From assembly GCA_963828465.1 (NCBI GenBank), contig CAWHEU010000020.1, positions 96,001 through 160,000 of the forward strand: 64,000 bases of DNA, written 5' to 3'. The stretch is from an uncultured Acidobacteriota bacterium (GTDB lineage: Bacteria > Actinomycetota > Acidimicrobiia > Spongiisociales > ZC4RG35). Under the pieces are notes generated by a model. The model worked only from the letters and a program-made list of their open reading frames with translations. It made no database searches and was not told the origin of the DNA. The position numbers were made by a program, and so were the translations under genes. Position 1 is the stretch's first letter, and every line of letters starts with the position of its first letter. This document shows, piece after piece, positions 38,918-49,566 of this stretch.

Positions 38918-39621
38918 GATACGTCTGGGGGTCGGCCACCCACCAGGGCATGGTCCGACAGAACAACGAGGACTCCCTGTTCCCGGACAAATCCGGTGAG
39001 TCCGACGGGCCGGCCGTGCTGATGGTTGCCGACGGGATGGGTGGCCACATCGCGGGTGAGGTCGCCTCGCGACTCGCCATCAACGCCGCTGCCTCCGCCG
39101 ACCTCGATCCCGACGACCGCGTCGCCGCCGCCAACCGTGCCATACGCGAGGAGGTCGCCCGTCAGCCCGATCTCGAGGGTATGGGGACCACCCTGACCCT
39201 GGTGGAGCTGGCTCCCGAGAGGACCGCGCGCTTCGGGCATGTCGGCGACAGTCGCGCCTACCTGTACCGGGACGGTGAGCTGAGACAACTCACCGAGGAT
39301 CACACTGTCGCGGCCGAGTATGTGGCCCTCGGCCACATATCGGTCGATGAGATGGACGAACACCCGCAGAGCCACATGCTCACCCGGTGCCTCGGCCTGA
39401 CGCGGTTTGTGAACGTCGACCGCATCGACCTCGACCTCGACCCCGGTGATCGACTGCTGCTGTGCTCCGACGGTCTCAACTCGATGGTGCCACCAAAGGG
39501 AATCGCAAAGGCCCTGGCCAATGGGAGCGCCGACGAGGCGGCTTGGAAGCTCGTCGAGGCGGCAAACAAGGCCGGAGGGCACGACAACATCAGCGTCATC
39601 GTCATCGACGTCGTCTCCTGA
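38914..39621 (+). CDS. pstP: PP2C Ser/Thr phosphatase
   Basis: NEDS, VADGMGG, VGDSRAY, CSDGL, GGHDN. Confidence 0.92.
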   Translation: MRYVWGSATHQGMVRQNNEDSLFPDKSGESDGPAVLMVADGMGGHIAGEVASRLAINAAASADLDPDDRVAAANRAIREEVARQPDLEGMGTTLTLVELAPERTARFGHVGDSRAYLYRDGELRQLTEDHTVAAEYVALGHISVDEMDEHPQSHMLTRCLGLTRFVNVDRIDLDLDPGDRLLLCSDGLNSMVPPKGIAKALANGSADEAAWKLVEAANKAGGHDNISVIVIDVVS

Positions 39622-39625
39622 GCCC

Positions 39626-40933
39626 ATGACCCGCAATACCGAGGGCGCATTGATCGTGGCGGCGTGTGTGTTGGCGGCGTTCGCCGTGACACTGGTCAAC
39701 TTCGCCCAGGAACGGAGTGTCGATGCCCAGACCGCCCTGACCTTCCTCGTCCTCCTGATCGCCTTTGGAGGGCTCCACATGGCGGTGCGGGCATTCGCCC
39801 CCAAGGCCACACCGCTGCTCCTCCCACCGGTCACCGCCCTGACCGCACTGGGCTTCTTCCAGATCTACCGGCTCGACTTCGCCACCGAAACCGTCAGGGC
39901 CAGCTCTCAGAGGTGGTGGATCCTGATCGCGGCCGGTCTGGCTTCCTTGACTCTCCTGTTGTTCAGCCGGAGCTCGATCTCGATCTTGCGCCGATACCGA
40001 AACATCACCTTGCTCATCTCGCTGGTGCTGATCCTGCTCCCCAACCTGCCTGCCGACTGGGGGTTCCCTCTGCGGGGGTTGTCGGTGAACGGCTCCCGGC
40101 TCTGGGTCCTCCTCGATGTGGGGTTCACGACCTTTCAGTTCCAGCCCGCGGAGCTGGCCAAGCTGGGCCTGGTCGCGTATGTCGCCGGCTATCTCGCCGA
40201 CCACCAGCGAGCGCTCCGCGAGGCACGGCGCCACATCGGGCCCATCGCCTTCCCCGAGCCCCGTCAGCTGATCCCACTGCTCATCACCTGGGGAGTCAGC
40301 GTCTTGATACTGATCTCGCAGCGTGATCTCGGTGCTTCGCTGCTTCTGTTCGTTGGGTTCGTCCTCTTGCTCTACGCCGCCACCGGCACCACGGGGTACC
40401 TCGTGGCCGGCGCCTTCCTCGGAGCTATCGCCGGGGTGGCGTCGTATCTCGCCTTTGATCATGTACAGCGTCGGGTGATCGCCTGGATCGCGCCTTTCGA
40501 ACACTATGAGGATGAAGGCTTTCAGATCGCCCAGGGGCTCTTCGCGATGGGGACGGGGAGCCTTTCCGGAGCAGGGCCTGGGCTCGGCAGGCCCGATCTC
40601 ATCCCCAACGCCGCCACCGATTTCATCTTCGCTGCCGTCGGCGAGGAGTTGGGGTTCGCCGGGACGGTGTCGGTTATCGCACTGTTCGCCCTCACCGTTG
40701 CGGTGGGCTTGGGCATCGCCTTCCGCAGCCGCGACACCTTCCGCAAGCTGCTGGCAGCGGGCCTCACTTTCGTTCTGGCCGTCCAGACGATCCTGATCAT
40801 CGGGGGGGTGGTCCGGCTCGTACCTCTCACGGGCATCACACTTCCCTTCATGTCATACGGCGGCTCTGCCCTGGTCGGAAACATGATCCTGATCGCGCTC
40901 CTGCTCCGGATCAGCCACGAGGAGGCCCAGTGA
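39626..40933 (+). CDS. rodA: SEDS peptidoglycan glycosyltransferase
   Basis: QPAELAK, RDLG, TDFIF, PLTGITLPFMSYGGS. Confidence 0.93.
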   Translation: MTRNTEGALIVAACVLAAFAVTLVNFAQERSVDAQTALTFLVLLIAFGGLHMAVRAFAPKATPLLLPPVTALTALGFFQIYRLDFATETVRASSQRWWILIAAGLASLTLLLFSRSSISILRRYRNITLLISLVLILLPNLPADWGFPLRGLSVNGSRLWVLLDVGFTTFQFQPAELAKLGLVAYVAGYLADHQRALREARRHIGPIAFPEPRQLIPLLITWGVSVLILISQRDLGASLLLFVGFVLLLYAATGTTGYLVAGAFLGAIAGVASYLAFDHVQRRVIAWIAPFEHYEDEGFQIAQGLFAMGTGSLSGAGPGLGRPDLIPNAATDFIFAAVGEELGFAGTVSVIALFALTVAVGLGIAFRSRDTFRKLLAAGLTFVLAVQTILIIGGVVRLVPLTGITLPFMSYGGSALVGNMILIALLLRISHEEAQ

Positions 40934-42387
40934 ACGGGCCTGTCCGCCGCCTGTCGATCGGCATATTCGCCGGCTTCTTCGCCCTGCTCCTGGCCGTCAC
41001 CTGGATCCAGGTGATTCATGCCGACGTGCTCAAGGCCGATCCTCGCAACTCTCGTCCGGCACTGTCCGAGCGTGGCAAGGAGCGCGGGCTGATCGTGACC
41101 ATCGACGGGACCGTGGTGGCGCAATCGGTTCCTGACCCCGAAGACCCACGCTCGTTCGTTCGTCAGTACCCCGAAGGCGAGCCATTTGCACACGTCGTGG
41201 GTTACAACTCGTTCCTCGTCGGATCCTCGGGGTTGGAGAACGCATATGCGGATGAGCTCCGCTCCAGGCGGGATCTGACCATCAGCGACCTCGTCTCGGT
41301 CATCCTGGGCCGCGATCTCCGCCCGGAGAGCCTCGAGCTGACGATCAACGCCGCCCTGCAGGAAGCGGCATTCGAAGGCTTGGGCGGGCTCAAAGGCGCG
41401 GTGTTCGCCATCGATCCCAGGACCGGGGCGGTCCTGGCTTCTGTCTCCTCGCCGTCATACGACCCGGAGTCGCTTCTGGGCGGCGATGCAGCGACGGTGT
41501 GGGAGAGCCTCCTAGCCGACCCCGAGGGGCCTCTTCTGGACCGGGCCACCAGGGAGATCTACCCGCCGGGCTCGACTTTCAAGACCGTGGTGACGGCGGC
41601 CGCCCTCGACACCGGGACCGCGGTGCCGGAGACGGAGTTCCCGGACCCCGAGGAGTTCCAGTTGCCCGGGTCGTCGGCGACGATATCCAACGCCGGTGGC
41701 GGCGTCTGCAACGACGGTCAGTCGATCACGTTGCTCCAGGCTTTCATCGTCTCCTGCAACACCACATTCGCCGACCTCTCGATCCAGGTGGGCGCCGAGG
41801 ACGTTGGGATCACCGCGGAGGCGCTCGGTTTCAACACGGACATTCCGTTCCCGTGGACAGTGCCCGAGGCGATCTACCCAGTGGACTTGTTGGCCGAGGA
41901 CCCTGCGGCACTGGCCCAGAGCGGCATCGGGGAACGCGATGTGCGCGCTGCGCCGTTGCATATGGCGATGGTGGCAGCGGCAATCGCCAACGACGGCACC
42001 ACCCTCACCCCTTATCTCGTAAATCGAATCTTTGACGCAGACGGGAACACCGTGGAGACATTCGAACCCAGCCCCATGGGTCAGGCCATGGACCCTGCCA
42101 CGGCCGCCGTTGTAACCGAGATGATGGAGCGCGTCGTCACGGAGGGCACCGGTCAGGCGGCCGCCGTCCCAGATGTCAGAGTGGCCGGCAAGACCGGGAC
42201 CTCCATGGGCCCGGACGGGTTGCCCAACCCGTGGTTTATCGGTTTCGCCCCCGCCGAGGATCCGACGATTGCGATAGCCGTCTTCTTCGAGGCCAGTCCG
42301 GAACTGGGCGAATCCGCCTCCGGCGGCGGTGTCGCAGCCCCCCTTGCCGGCGACCTCATCCAGTTGTGGCTGGAGGGAAGCCCATGA
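40930..42387 (+). CDS. pbpA: Class B penicillin-binding protein
   Basis: STFK (SxxK), SCN, KTG. Confidence 0.92.
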   Translation: MNGPVRRLSIGIFAGFFALLLAVTWIQVIHADVLKADPRNSRPALSERGKERGLIVTIDGTVVAQSVPDPEDPRSFVRQYPEGEPFAHVVGYNSFLVGSSGLENAYADELRSRRDLTISDLVSVILGRDLRPESLELTINAALQEAAFEGLGGLKGAVFAIDPRTGAVLASVSSPSYDPESLLGGDAATVWESLLADPEGPLLDRATREIYPPGSTFKTVVTAAALDTGTAVPETEFPDPEEFQLPGSSATISNAGGGVCNDGQSITLLQAFIVSCNTTFADLSIQVGAEDVGITAEALGFNTDIPFPWTVPEAIYPVDLLAEDPAALAQSGIGERDVRAAPLHMAMVAAAIANDGTTLTPYLVNRIFDADGNTVETFEPSPMGQAMDPATAAVVTEMMERVVTEGTGQAAAVPDVRVAGKTGTSMGPDGLPNPWFIGFAPAEDPTIAIAVFFEASPELGESASGGGVAAPLAGDLIQLWLEGSP

Positions 42388-44372
42388 GTTGGGATGAGAG
42401 CCTTCCTACAATCCGCCCGTCTTCCATGGATGCCCAAACCGCACTCACCGACCGTTATCAAATCACGTCCCACCTGGCTCGGGGCGGGATGGCCGACGTG
42501 TATGAGGGCAAGGACAACCTCCTCAATCGCCGGGTTGCGATCAAGGTCCTTCATTCGCAGTATTCCGCCGACGAGGCATTCGTAAAGCGCTTCAGACGCG
42601 AAGCACAGGCCGCAGCCAACTTGAGCCACCCCAACATCGTCGGGATCTACGACTGGGGTCAGGCACAGAACACGTATTTCATCGTCATGGAACTCGTCGA
42701 CGGGCGCTCGCTACGGGACGTCCTCAGATCGGAAGGGGCCTTGCTCCCGCGGCGAGCCACCGAGATCACGGCTGAGGTGGCAGCAGCGCTGTCGGTCGCC
42801 CACCAGGCGGGGCTGGTCCACCGCGACGTGAAGCCGGGCAACATCCTCCTTGCCAAGGACGGCACCGTGAAGGTGACCGACTTCGGCATCGCCCGGGCCT
42901 GGGACGACAGCCAGGAGCTGACCCGGACCGGTGCGGTCATCGGGACCGCTACCTATTTCAGCCCCGAGCAGGCTCAGGGAGCGGCGGCCGATGCCCGGAG
43001 CGATGTCTATTCCCTTGGCGTGGTGCTCTACGAGATGCTCACCGGGCGCCCCCCTTACACAGGCGACAGCCCGATGTCGGTTGCCTTCCAGCACGTTTCG
43101 ACCGAAGCGCCGCTACCGAGCTCGCTCAACGCCGATGTCTCGCCGTCGCTCGACGCGGTGGTGGCCAAGGCGATGCGGAAGGACCCGGTCGCCCGGTACC
43201 AAACCGCCGATGAGATGCGCGCCGACCTCCTGTCGGTGCTCAAGGGAGAAGAGGTTGGCATGCCGCCTCTCATCGTGCCCGTGGCGGTACCGGCCAACGG
43301 AGACGGCGCGACGCGGGTGATGTCGACCACCCCCGTGCCTCCGGCCACGGCACCCCCGGACGAGATGTACCGGGATGTAGAGGAGGAACCGTCCTCGCAG
43401 ATGCCGTTCATCCTGACCGCATTTGGCCTCCTGCTCGCACTCGGAGGGCTGATCTTTCTCCTCTTTCAGCTGGCCGGGGGCGGCGAGGAGGAGCCGACTC
43501 TCGTCGAGGTACCCAACGTCACGGGAATCAGCCAGGCCGAGGCTCTACAGCGTCTCCAGCAGGACGGGTTCCTGGTCACGACCTTCTTCGAGTCGAGCGA
43601 CACGGTTGAGGCAGGCGATGTCATTCGGACCGACCCCACTTTCGGGACGATGGTCGAAGAGGGGTCGACTGTCGAGGTCTATGTCTCTTCTGGGCCTGAA
43701 GAGATCGAGGTGCCACCTGTCGTTGGCCAGACCAGAGCGGAGGCGGAGCGCCTGATAACCGAGGCGGGACTCAGCATCGGAGAAGTGACCGAACGCGCCG
43801 ACGCCACCTTCGCCGAAGGGATCGTGATCGAGCAGGATCCCCCGCAGGGAGTGAGAGTTGGTGTGGATGCCCCGGTCAACCTGGTGGTGTCGACGGGACC
43901 CGAAACGGTGGTCGTGCCCAATCTGGTGAATCTGAGCGAGCGGGATGCCACCGCCCAGCTTCAAGCGCTCGGGTTGCTGGTGCGGGTTCAGGACGAGTAT
44001 TCGGACACGGTCGCAAGAGACCTGGTGGTTCGCTCCGACCCTGTGGCGGACAGCGAGGTCCAGCTCGGTGACACTGTTCTCATCGTCGTCTCGCAGGGCC
44101 CGGCACCCGTCGAAGTGCCCGACCTGATCGGGTTGAGTCAGGCCGAAGCCGAGGCCGCACTGGCCGAGCTCGGACTGACGATGGTCGCCGACACACAAGG
44201 AGTCGCCGATTCGGAGCAGGACGGCCTCGTGATCGATCAGAACCCGAATGCGGGTGAGGTGCTCTTGCCCGGCGACACGGTGAACGTGGCGGTTGGTGAA
44301 TTCACGCCGCCGCCTACGACGGCAGCTCCCACCACTACGACTACCACGACGGTTCCGACAACCGCGCCCTGA
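42384..44372 (+). CDS. pknB: PASTA-domain Ser/Thr kinase
   Basis: GGMADVY, HRDVKPGN, DFG, TM, four PASTA repeats, Pro/Thr-rich tail; alternative start at 42426. Confidence 0.95.
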   Translation: MSWDESLPTIRPSSMDAQTALTDRYQITSHLARGGMADVYEGKDNLLNRRVAIKVLHSQYSADEAFVKRFRREAQAAANLSHPNIVGIYDWGQAQNTYFIVMELVDGRSLRDVLRSEGALLPRRATEITAEVAAALSVAHQAGLVHRDVKPGNILLAKDGTVKVTDFGIARAWDDSQELTRTGAVIGTATYFSPEQAQGAAADARSDVYSLGVVLYEMLTGRPPYTGDSPMSVAFQHVSTEAPLPSSLNADVSPSLDAVVAKAMRKDPVARYQTADEMRADLLSVLKGEEVGMPPLIVPVAVPANGDGATRVMSTTPVPPATAPPDEMYRDVEEEPSSQMPFILTAFGLLLALGGLIFLLFQLAGGGEEEPTLVEVPNVTGISQAEALQRLQQDGFLVTTFFESSDTVEAGDVIRTDPTFGTMVEEGSTVEVYVSSGPEEIEVPPVVGQTRAEAERLITEAGLSIGEVTERADATFAEGIVIEQDPPQGVRVGVDAPVNLVVSTGPETVVVPNLVNLSERDATAQLQALGLLVRVQDEYSDTVARDLVVRSDPVADSEVQLGDTVLIVVSQGPAPVEVPDLIGLSQAEAEAALAELGLTMVADTQGVADSEQDGLVIDQNPNAGEVLLPGDTVNVAVGEFTPPPTTAAPTTTTTTTVPTTAP

Positions 44373-44373
44373 C

Positions 44374-44613
44374 TCAGCGGTAATTGGTGGTCATGAGGAA
44401 GCCGGCGGCGATCGCCACGAGGCCGGCGATCAGGATCGTCTGATCCCATTCGAAGACGAAGCGGAGGATCACCAGAACGACGCCAACCACCATCAACCCG
44501 GCCATCAGGGCCACGTACCAGGTCGGGCTTGGATCTTTGGCCTTGACCGCGGCCTGGGCGGCACTTGCCGAAACCGGTCTGTTCTTGGGCTTACGACGCT
44601 TCGACTCGGGCAC
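44374..44613 (-). CDS. crgA: Cell division protein CrgA
   Basis: MPESKRRK...PSPTWY...two TM helices...MTTNYR. Confidence 0.85.
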   Translation of the reverse strand: MPESKRRKPKNRPVSASAAQAAVKAKDPSPTWYVALMAGLMVVGVVLVILRFVFEWDQTILIAGLVAIAAGFLMTTNYR

Positions 44614-44669
44614 GAGCAGCGAGGGTAGTCAAAAACGTATGGCGGCATCGCCGAGTTACACGTGTGTAG

Positions 44670-44704
44670 TTCTCAACAGCCTTGTGGAAAAACCCTGGGA
44701 AAAC
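44670..44704. promoter_or_regulatory. DnaA-box-like cluster upstream of crgA
   Basis: TTCTCAACA (44670), TGTGGAAAA (44683), TGGGAAAAC (44696) in an AT-rich patch. Confidence 0.5.
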
Positions 44705-44717
44705 TACAACGGTGTCA

Positions 44718-44975
44718 TTACGCCGGGCGCCACACCGGCACCATGTCCTCCCGGCAGTGCCGGGGAGGGTTGTCCTCGCTGACGTTCACCGCCGTCATCG
44801 TCAACTCGGCCCCGCAGACCGTGCATCGGTAGTCCTGATCGACAGTGACCACGTCTTCCGGATCGACCTCAGGAGGTGGTGTCGAGAGCATGCGGATGAT
44901 GGCGATGGAGACCCGCCAGATGATGTACCCGGCGACCAAGGCGAGGATGACTTCGACGGCAGAGATGCCGTTCAA
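44718..44975 (-). CDS. Small membrane protein with CxxC...HC metal-binding motif
   Basis: TM helix, then YRCTVCGAEL...PRHCREDM; TTG start overlaps the thiolase stop. Confidence 0.7.
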   Translation of the reverse strand: MNGISAVEVILALVAGYIIWRVSIAIIRMLSTPPPEVDPEDVVTVDQDYRCTVCGAELTMTAVNVSEDNPPRHCREDMVPVWRPA

Positions 44976-46150
44976 ACTCGCTCGATGATCAGGGCGTTGG
45001 CCATGCCCCCGCCTTCGCACATGGTCTGCAGCCCGTAACGGCCCCCGGTCCGCTCCAACTCCCATACCAGCGTCGTCAGGAGGCGGGCACCGCTGGCCCC
45101 GAGCGGGTGGCCCAGAGCGATCGCGCCGCCATTGACGTTGGTCCGCTCCCACAAAGCGGTCGGGTCGGAGCCACCGTGTTCCATGCGCCATGCGACGGTC
45201 ACCGCCGCAAATGCCTCATTCACCTCGAAGAGGTCGATCTCGTCGATGCCGAGCCCGGCCCGCTCGAGGACCTTTTCGGTGGCCGGGATAGGCCCGGTCA
45301 GCATGGTCACCGGGTCGACCCCCGCCATGGCGAAAGCGAGGAACCGCGCCTTCGGCGTCAGACCCAGGGCCCTGGCCTTGTCTTCAGACATGATCAACAC
45401 AGCCGCGGCGCCATCAGAGATCTGCGAGGAGTTGCCGGCAGTGATCACGCCGTCGCTCTTGAAGGCGGGCTGGAGGGCTGCCAGTTTCTCGAGAGAAGTG
45501 TCCTCCCGGATGCCCTCGTCCCTGGTGACGGTGTGAAGCCGCCCGTCGTCGCCGGTCACTCCGACCGGGATGATCTGTTCCTCGAATCGGCCCTCGGCCG
45601 TGGCCCGGGACGCCCTCCGATGAGACTCGAGTGAGAGCTCATCCAGTTCCTGTCGGGCGACGCCCCATTTCTCGGCGATCATCTCGGCCGAGAGACCCTG
45701 GGGAACGAGTCCCTGCGAATACCGCTCCAACATCCGGGACCCGAACGGGAGCCCGGGTCCCTGGTGTGCCGTGATCCCCATCGGAACCCTGGTCATGTTC
45801 TCCACGCCGGCGGCGACCACCACATCCTGGGCGCCGGCCATGATCGCCTGCGCGGCGAAATGCGCCGACTGCTGGGACGAGCCGCACTGGCGGTCGATGG
45901 TGACACCGGGAACCTCTTCGGGATACCCGGCAGCCAATGCGGCGTTGCGTCCGACGTTGTATGCCTGCTCCCCCGTCTGGCTGACCGTCCCCATGATCAC
46001 ATCGTCGATGAGGGACGGGTCGATGCCATTGCGTTCCACCAGCGCCTCGAGCGGTCGGGAGGCGAGATCGACCGGGTGATAGTCCTTGAACACCCCGTTG
46101 CGACGGCCGACCGGTGTCCGCACCGCATCGACGATGACGGCATTGGTCAT
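44972..46150 (-). CDS. Thiolase (acetyl-CoA C-acyltransferase)
   Basis: RQCGSS, NEAF, GHPLGASG, CEGGG. Confidence 0.95.
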   Translation of the reverse strand: MTNAVIVDAVRTPVGRRNGVFKDYHPVDLASRPLEALVERNGIDPSLIDDVIMGTVSQTGEQAYNVGRNAALAAGYPEEVPGVTIDRQCGSSQQSAHFAAQAIMAGAQDVVVAAGVENMTRVPMGITAHQGPGLPFGSRMLERYSQGLVPQGLSAEMIAEKWGVARQELDELSLESHRRASRATAEGRFEEQIIPVGVTGDDGRLHTVTRDEGIREDTSLEKLAALQPAFKSDGVITAGNSSQISDGAAAVLIMSEDKARALGLTPKARFLAFAMAGVDPVTMLTGPIPATEKVLERAGLGIDEIDLFEVNEAFAAVTVAWRMEHGGSDPTALWERTNVNGGAIALGHPLGASGARLLTTLVWELERTGGRYGLQTMCEGGGMANALIIERV

Positions 46151-46173
46151 GTGTGACTCCAATCATCCGGCTG

Positions 46174-46246
46174 TGGAGACGATGGGACTCGAACCCACGA
46201 CCCCCGGCTTGCAAAGCCGGTGCTCTTCCAACTGAGCTACGTCCCC
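46174..46246 (-). tRNA. tRNA-Ala(TGC)
   Basis: G3-U70 acceptor stem; ccggc-TTTGCAA-gccgg. Confidence 0.96.
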
Positions 46247-46303
46247 CGATATGCCCGCATTCTAAGGGTGCACCCCGACTCCCAACCCCCCGAACATCCA
46301 TGA

Positions 46304-47326
<1,023 letters not shown>

Positions 47327-47345
47327 GTCAACTTCAGCAGCGATA

Positions 47346-47376
47346 GAGAAGGCCCCGCCTCACGGCGGGGCCTTTC
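47346..47376. terminator. Bidirectional intrinsic terminator
   Basis: gagaaggccccgcc-tcac-ggcggggcctttc between convergent genes. Confidence 0.85.
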
Positions 47377-47399
47377 TCATGCCATGCTGATCCGGTCGA

Positions 47400-48101
47400 T
47401 CACACCGCGACATGCTCCGGCATCGGAATGCGTGGCTCTATGTCGCTCCGCACACCCTTTATCAGCAGATAACCGATCATCCAGAACTCGCCCACGGTCG
47501 CCAGCGCGGTGAGGGCGAGTTCCGGCACTTCGGGGATCAGGTAGAGCACGAACGCACTCAGGATGTAGCCGACGCCGCCGAAGATGAGGATCCAGCCCAG
47601 AGGCCGGGGCATCCACCGAGAAGCCACCACCAGGTACCCCATCGGGATCAACCAAAGCCCGAAGAACAGCGCACCCACGCCCCAGAAGGCTCCACTCAGC
47701 TCATACATCAACTGGACCGTTGCGGCAGCATCGCCGCCGGGGGCGAGCGCAGGATCGAGGGCAACTGTGAGGGCGCTCACCAGGAAAGCGGCGCTACTCA
47801 GGATCGCGGTGCTGTTGATGAGGCCGAAAGCCGCAAGTGAGCCTGCCGCGGTGCTGCTGACCGTCCGGAACAGCTTGTAGAACCAGACCGCTGCAAGCGC
47901 CTGAGTGAGCACGACGAGGAGCTCGAGGGCGATTCCGAGTCGAGCCAGCATCTCGCGTTCGACGAGGTTGGCCAATGTGGCGGCAGCGTCGCCGGCCACA
48001 TAGATCTCCGGGCGGATCAGCAGGAACCCCAGCATCCCGGTGACCCCGACGCCCAGATACAGCCACCCCGTGGTTCGGGCCGTCTTCTTCAGTGAACTCA
48101 T
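47400..48101 (-). CDS. DUF4386 membrane protein
   Basis: ARTTGWLYL, DAAATLAN, FFGLWLIPMGYL, SRWMPRPLGW, VGEFW. Confidence 0.85.
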   Translation of the reverse strand: MSSLKKTARTTGWLYLGVGVTGMLGFLLIRPEIYVAGDAAATLANLVEREMLARLGIALELLVVLTQALAAVWFYKLFRTVSSTAAGSLAAFGLINSTAILSSAAFLVSALTVALDPALAPGGDAAATVQLMYELSGAFWGVGALFFGLWLIPMGYLVVASRWMPRPLGWILIFGGVGYILSAFVLYLIPEVPELALTALATVGEFWMIGYLLIKGVRSDIEPRIPMPEHVAV

Positions 48102-48125
48102 GAGCATTTCCTCCGCCAAGTCGGT

Positions 48126-48178
48126 CTTACTACGTAAGTCGTACGACGTAAGGTACTCGTACAGCGTAAGACTGTCAA
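48126..48178 (-). promoter_or_regulatory. Sigma-70-type promoter with three TetR-type operators
   Basis: TTGACA-N17-TACCTT; CTTACTACGTAAG (48126), CGTACGACGTAAG (48140), CGTACAGCGTAAG (48158). Confidence 0.8.
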
Positions 48179-48212
48179 GGGCTCATGACCTATCGGCGAC
48201 GAATGACGGCCG

Positions 48213-48623
48213 TTACGACGTCTTTGGTCGATGCGTGGTGGTTCGCTTGACGGTGCCGTCGGGGTTGTAAGAAGTCCATTCCCCGGCCTTCTTGCCGTGG
48301 TCAAAGGCTCCGTGGTCGATCAGGTTCCCATTGGCATCCCAGCGCTCCCAGAATCCATGCTTCTCGGAATCATGGAATCCCCCACGCTGCAGGAGACCAC
48401 CGGTCGAGCGATACCAGGTCCACGCCCCGTCCACGACGCCTCTCTCGTAACTGCCCTCCGAGCGCACCGATCCGTCGACGAAATAGTGGCGCCACACACC
48501 CTGACGTTTGCCCTCGACGTACTCACCGGTCATCACCCCGCCGTGGGAGTCCGCTTCGGTCCAGACACCGACTTTCCGGCCCTGGCCGTCGGTCTCATTC
48601 GGCGCTTGATCGTCGTCGGTCAT
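48213..48623 (-). CDS. MORN-variant repeat (YwqK-like) protein
   Basis: Repeated G.Y..GK..G.W..Y..DG units. Confidence 0.8.
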   Translation of the reverse strand: MTDDDQAPNETDGQGRKVGVWTEADSHGGVMTGEYVEGKRQGVWRHYFVDGSVRSEGSYERGVVDGAWTWYRSTGGLLQRGGFHDSEKHGFWERWDANGNLIDHGAFDHGKKAGEWTSYNPDGTVKRTTTHRPKTS

Positions 48624-48690
48624 ACTGGAATCGTTATTACGGCTCGCGGTGGGTCGCAATTTAGAACTCCGACAGAACGGGTACGCTGCG

Positions 48691-49329
48691 ATGGGGAAAG
48701 TTCGATTCAATATCAGCATGTCCTTGGACGGCTTCATGGCCGGCCCGGACCAGAGTGAAGAGAACCCGCTCGGGGTCGGTGGGATGGACCTGCACCGATG
48801 GCTTTTCGACATGGAGGCCTGGAGGTCGTCCCACGGTGAACCCGGCGGCCGAATCGACGCGAGCACGCCGGTGGTCAGCGAGATGGAATCAGGGTTTGGT
48901 GCGGTCGTCATGGGGCGCAACATGTTCGGCCCGATACGCGGCGACTGGGGCGCCGACCCGTGGCGGGGTTGGTGGGGGGACAACCCGCCCTATCACAAAC
49001 CCGTCTTCGTGCTCACCCACTATGGGCGCGAGTCGCTGGAGATGGCTGGAGGCACAACATTCCACTTCGCCGCCGATGGTCCCGAATCGGCATTGGATCA
49101 AGCGGTGGCGGCCGCCGGCGACGATGACGTCCTGATAGCCGGCGGCGCGTCGGTGATCCGCAACTATCTGGGCGCCGGCGACATCGACGAGTTCTGGCTC
49201 AGCATCGTCCCCCTTCTGCTCGGCGCCGGAGAGCGACCTTTCGACGACATCTCCTCGAAGACCAGTGTTGAAGTGGTTGATGTGGTCGCAGCACCGAAAG
49301 TCACACACCTCAAGTACGCCGTCCGCTGA
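48691..49329 (+). CDS. Dihydrofolate reductase-like (RibD C-terminal) protein
   Basis: SMSLDGF, VMGRNMF, IAGGA, PLLLGAGERPF. Confidence 0.9.
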   Translation: MGKVRFNISMSLDGFMAGPDQSEENPLGVGGMDLHRWLFDMEAWRSSHGEPGGRIDASTPVVSEMESGFGAVVMGRNMFGPIRGDWGADPWRGWWGDNPPYHKPVFVLTHYGRESLEMAGGTTFHFAADGPESALDQAVAAAGDDDVLIAGGASVIRNYLGAGDIDEFWLSIVPLLLGAGERPFDDISSKTSVEVVDVVAAPKVTHLKYAVR

Positions 49330-49420
49330 AAAGTGGATGCTCCAGCTGAGGCGGGGAAGGCCACTTCGCCTCGATTTCGAGACCCGATAGAATTTCACCC
49401 CCTTGACTAGCAAGTCGGGA

Positions 49421-49495
49421 GGGCCCATAGCTCAGCCCGGTTAGAGCGCATCCCTGATAAGGATGAGGTCCGTGGTTCAAGTCCACGTGGGCCCA
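49421..49495 (+). tRNA. tRNA-Ile(GAT)
   Basis: gggcccatagctcag...catcc-CTGATAA-ggatg...ttcaagt...tgggccca. Confidence 0.96.
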
Positions 49496-49566
49496 CTCTC
49501 GAAATCCGCTAGAACCCTGGCGGCTGCCAACGCCGCTCGGCGGTCGAGGTGCCTTAGGATCAAAGG

